A DNA stretch of 64,000 nucleotides, taken from positions 260,663 through 324,662 of the forward strand of contig CBDCTU010000002.1 of NCBI GenBank assembly GCA_965222415.1, in the 5' to 3' direction. The DNA is from Dehalococcoidia bacterium. Its GTDB lineage: Bacteria > Chloroflexota > Dehalococcoidia > Lucifugimonadales > UBA2985. The notes beneath the pieces were generated by a model. The model saw only the letters and a list, made by a program, of their open reading frames with translations, did not search any database and had not been told where the DNA came from. Each line of letters opens with the position of its first letter. Positions within the stretch are counted from its first letter, which is position 1. The position numbers and the translations under genes are program-made. Shown here in pieces: positions 63,442 through 64,000 of the stretch.

Positions 63442-64000
63442 CTATATCCTCGGCGGATTCAACTCCAGCAGCCTCTCGAACAGCCTGTGATTCTTTACCA
63501 CATCGCCGGCGGCTCGATGGGAGCTGATGCGGGAAATGGAGATGCCCAAATCCTCGCAGGCAGCAGTCAAGCCGGCCCGCAGCCCATGGGCCGGTAAAGC
63601 TATTACCCGCTGTGCATAGTCTGGATGGCTCTCCTCCGCCTCCTGGTACTCGCCCAGTTTGTAACCCTTATACAATGCGGCCGTGTCCATGAAACGCCCA
63701 ATTTGTAGGTCGATCGCCTCGTCTATGCAAAGACTGGGATATTGGCCTTTTCCCACGGCATGGCCGTGTCGGCGGGCCGCTTCCAGCAAATACGGACGAT
63801 CCGACTTGATTATGTTATGTCCCACTAGGGGCAGACCAGCCGTTTTCTCAACGAACCAAGCAAGTGCATCATCTATACCGATTCCCCCAGCAGCCAAGTC
63901 TCTATCGGTGATTCCAGTCAGCCTCACGATTCTGTTGGGAATTGGCCGGTCAATCTTAACCAAGACCCGATCAGTAACAAGGATTTGGCCTGGCAACGAT
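63442..64000 (-). CDS. DEDDh 3'-5' exonuclease (DnaQ/epsilon-like), N-terminus beyond the window
   Basis: LPLVGHNIIKSDRPYLLEAA is the Exo II region. SSHRAAGDVVKNHRLFERLL is Exo III (H-x4-D). The Exo I DxE motif is not in the window, so the gene is partial. Confidence 0.65.
   Translation of the reverse strand, partial: SLPGQILVTDRVLVKIDRPIPNRIVRLTGITDRDLAAGGIGIDDALAWFVEKTAGLPLVGHNIIKSDRPYLLEAARRHGHAVGKGQYPSLCIDEAIDLQIGRFMDTAALYKGYKLGEYQEAEESHPDYAQRVIALPAHGLRAGLTAACEDLGISISRISSHRAAGDVVKNHRLFERLLELNPPRI

Overview
This is a high-G+C bacterial window. The taxon cannot be fixed from sequence alone; gene content fits a Chloroflexota/Actinomycetota-type genome, which I have not verified. The window is a mosaic of three kinds of DNA.

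(1) Ordinary chromosomal genes:
- typA/bipA, rnd, a Phd-VapC toxin-antitoxin pair, one tRNA-Arg(TCT), a coxG-like gene, a HAD hydrolase, and an AraC regulator next to an MFS pump.
- A seven-gene minus-strand uptake/catabolic cluster: BMP-type ABC transporter, isochorismatase-like hydrolase, amidase and DUF1116.

(2) A three-gene minus-strand cell-surface operon (35.9-48.1 kb). It encodes a ~1920-aa LRR/FN3/cadherin protein, a TolB-like beta-propeller, and a 1711-aa FN3/Calx-beta protein with a C-terminal HEXXH domain.

(3) Abundant mobile and decaying DNA:
- An IS1380-family element nested in an older transposase remnant.
- An IS3-family element splitting a small membrane-protein gene.
- Two further transposase scraps.
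- A decayed two-component locus, a frameshifted NYN gene, a decayed serine recombinase, and a single-chain type IIG-like restriction-modification gene.

The best candidate for something undescribed is a pair of paralogous modules at 5.3-8.2 kb and 53.7-56.7 kb. Each carries a triple-HTH protein, an 81-aa membrane protein and an HTH/coiled-coil protein. Each also has a conserved ~740-bp non-coding region with ~104-bp-phased iteron-like repeats and conserved hairpins. Each is followed by plus-strand cargo and a large serine recombinase. I read these as two related integrative, plasmid-like elements.

Other points worth a second look:
- Short perfect tandem duplications (16, 11 and 20 bp); the 16- and 11-bp ones each break a reading frame, the 20-bp one is non-coding.
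- A nuclease-like gene interrupted by one in-frame TAA, inside a small AT-richer island.
- A minimal caspase/CHAT-like protein in an AT-richer cassette.

I saw no rRNA, no CRISPR array or cas genes, and no reverse transcriptase. All family assignments come from motif recognition by eye. No database search was run.
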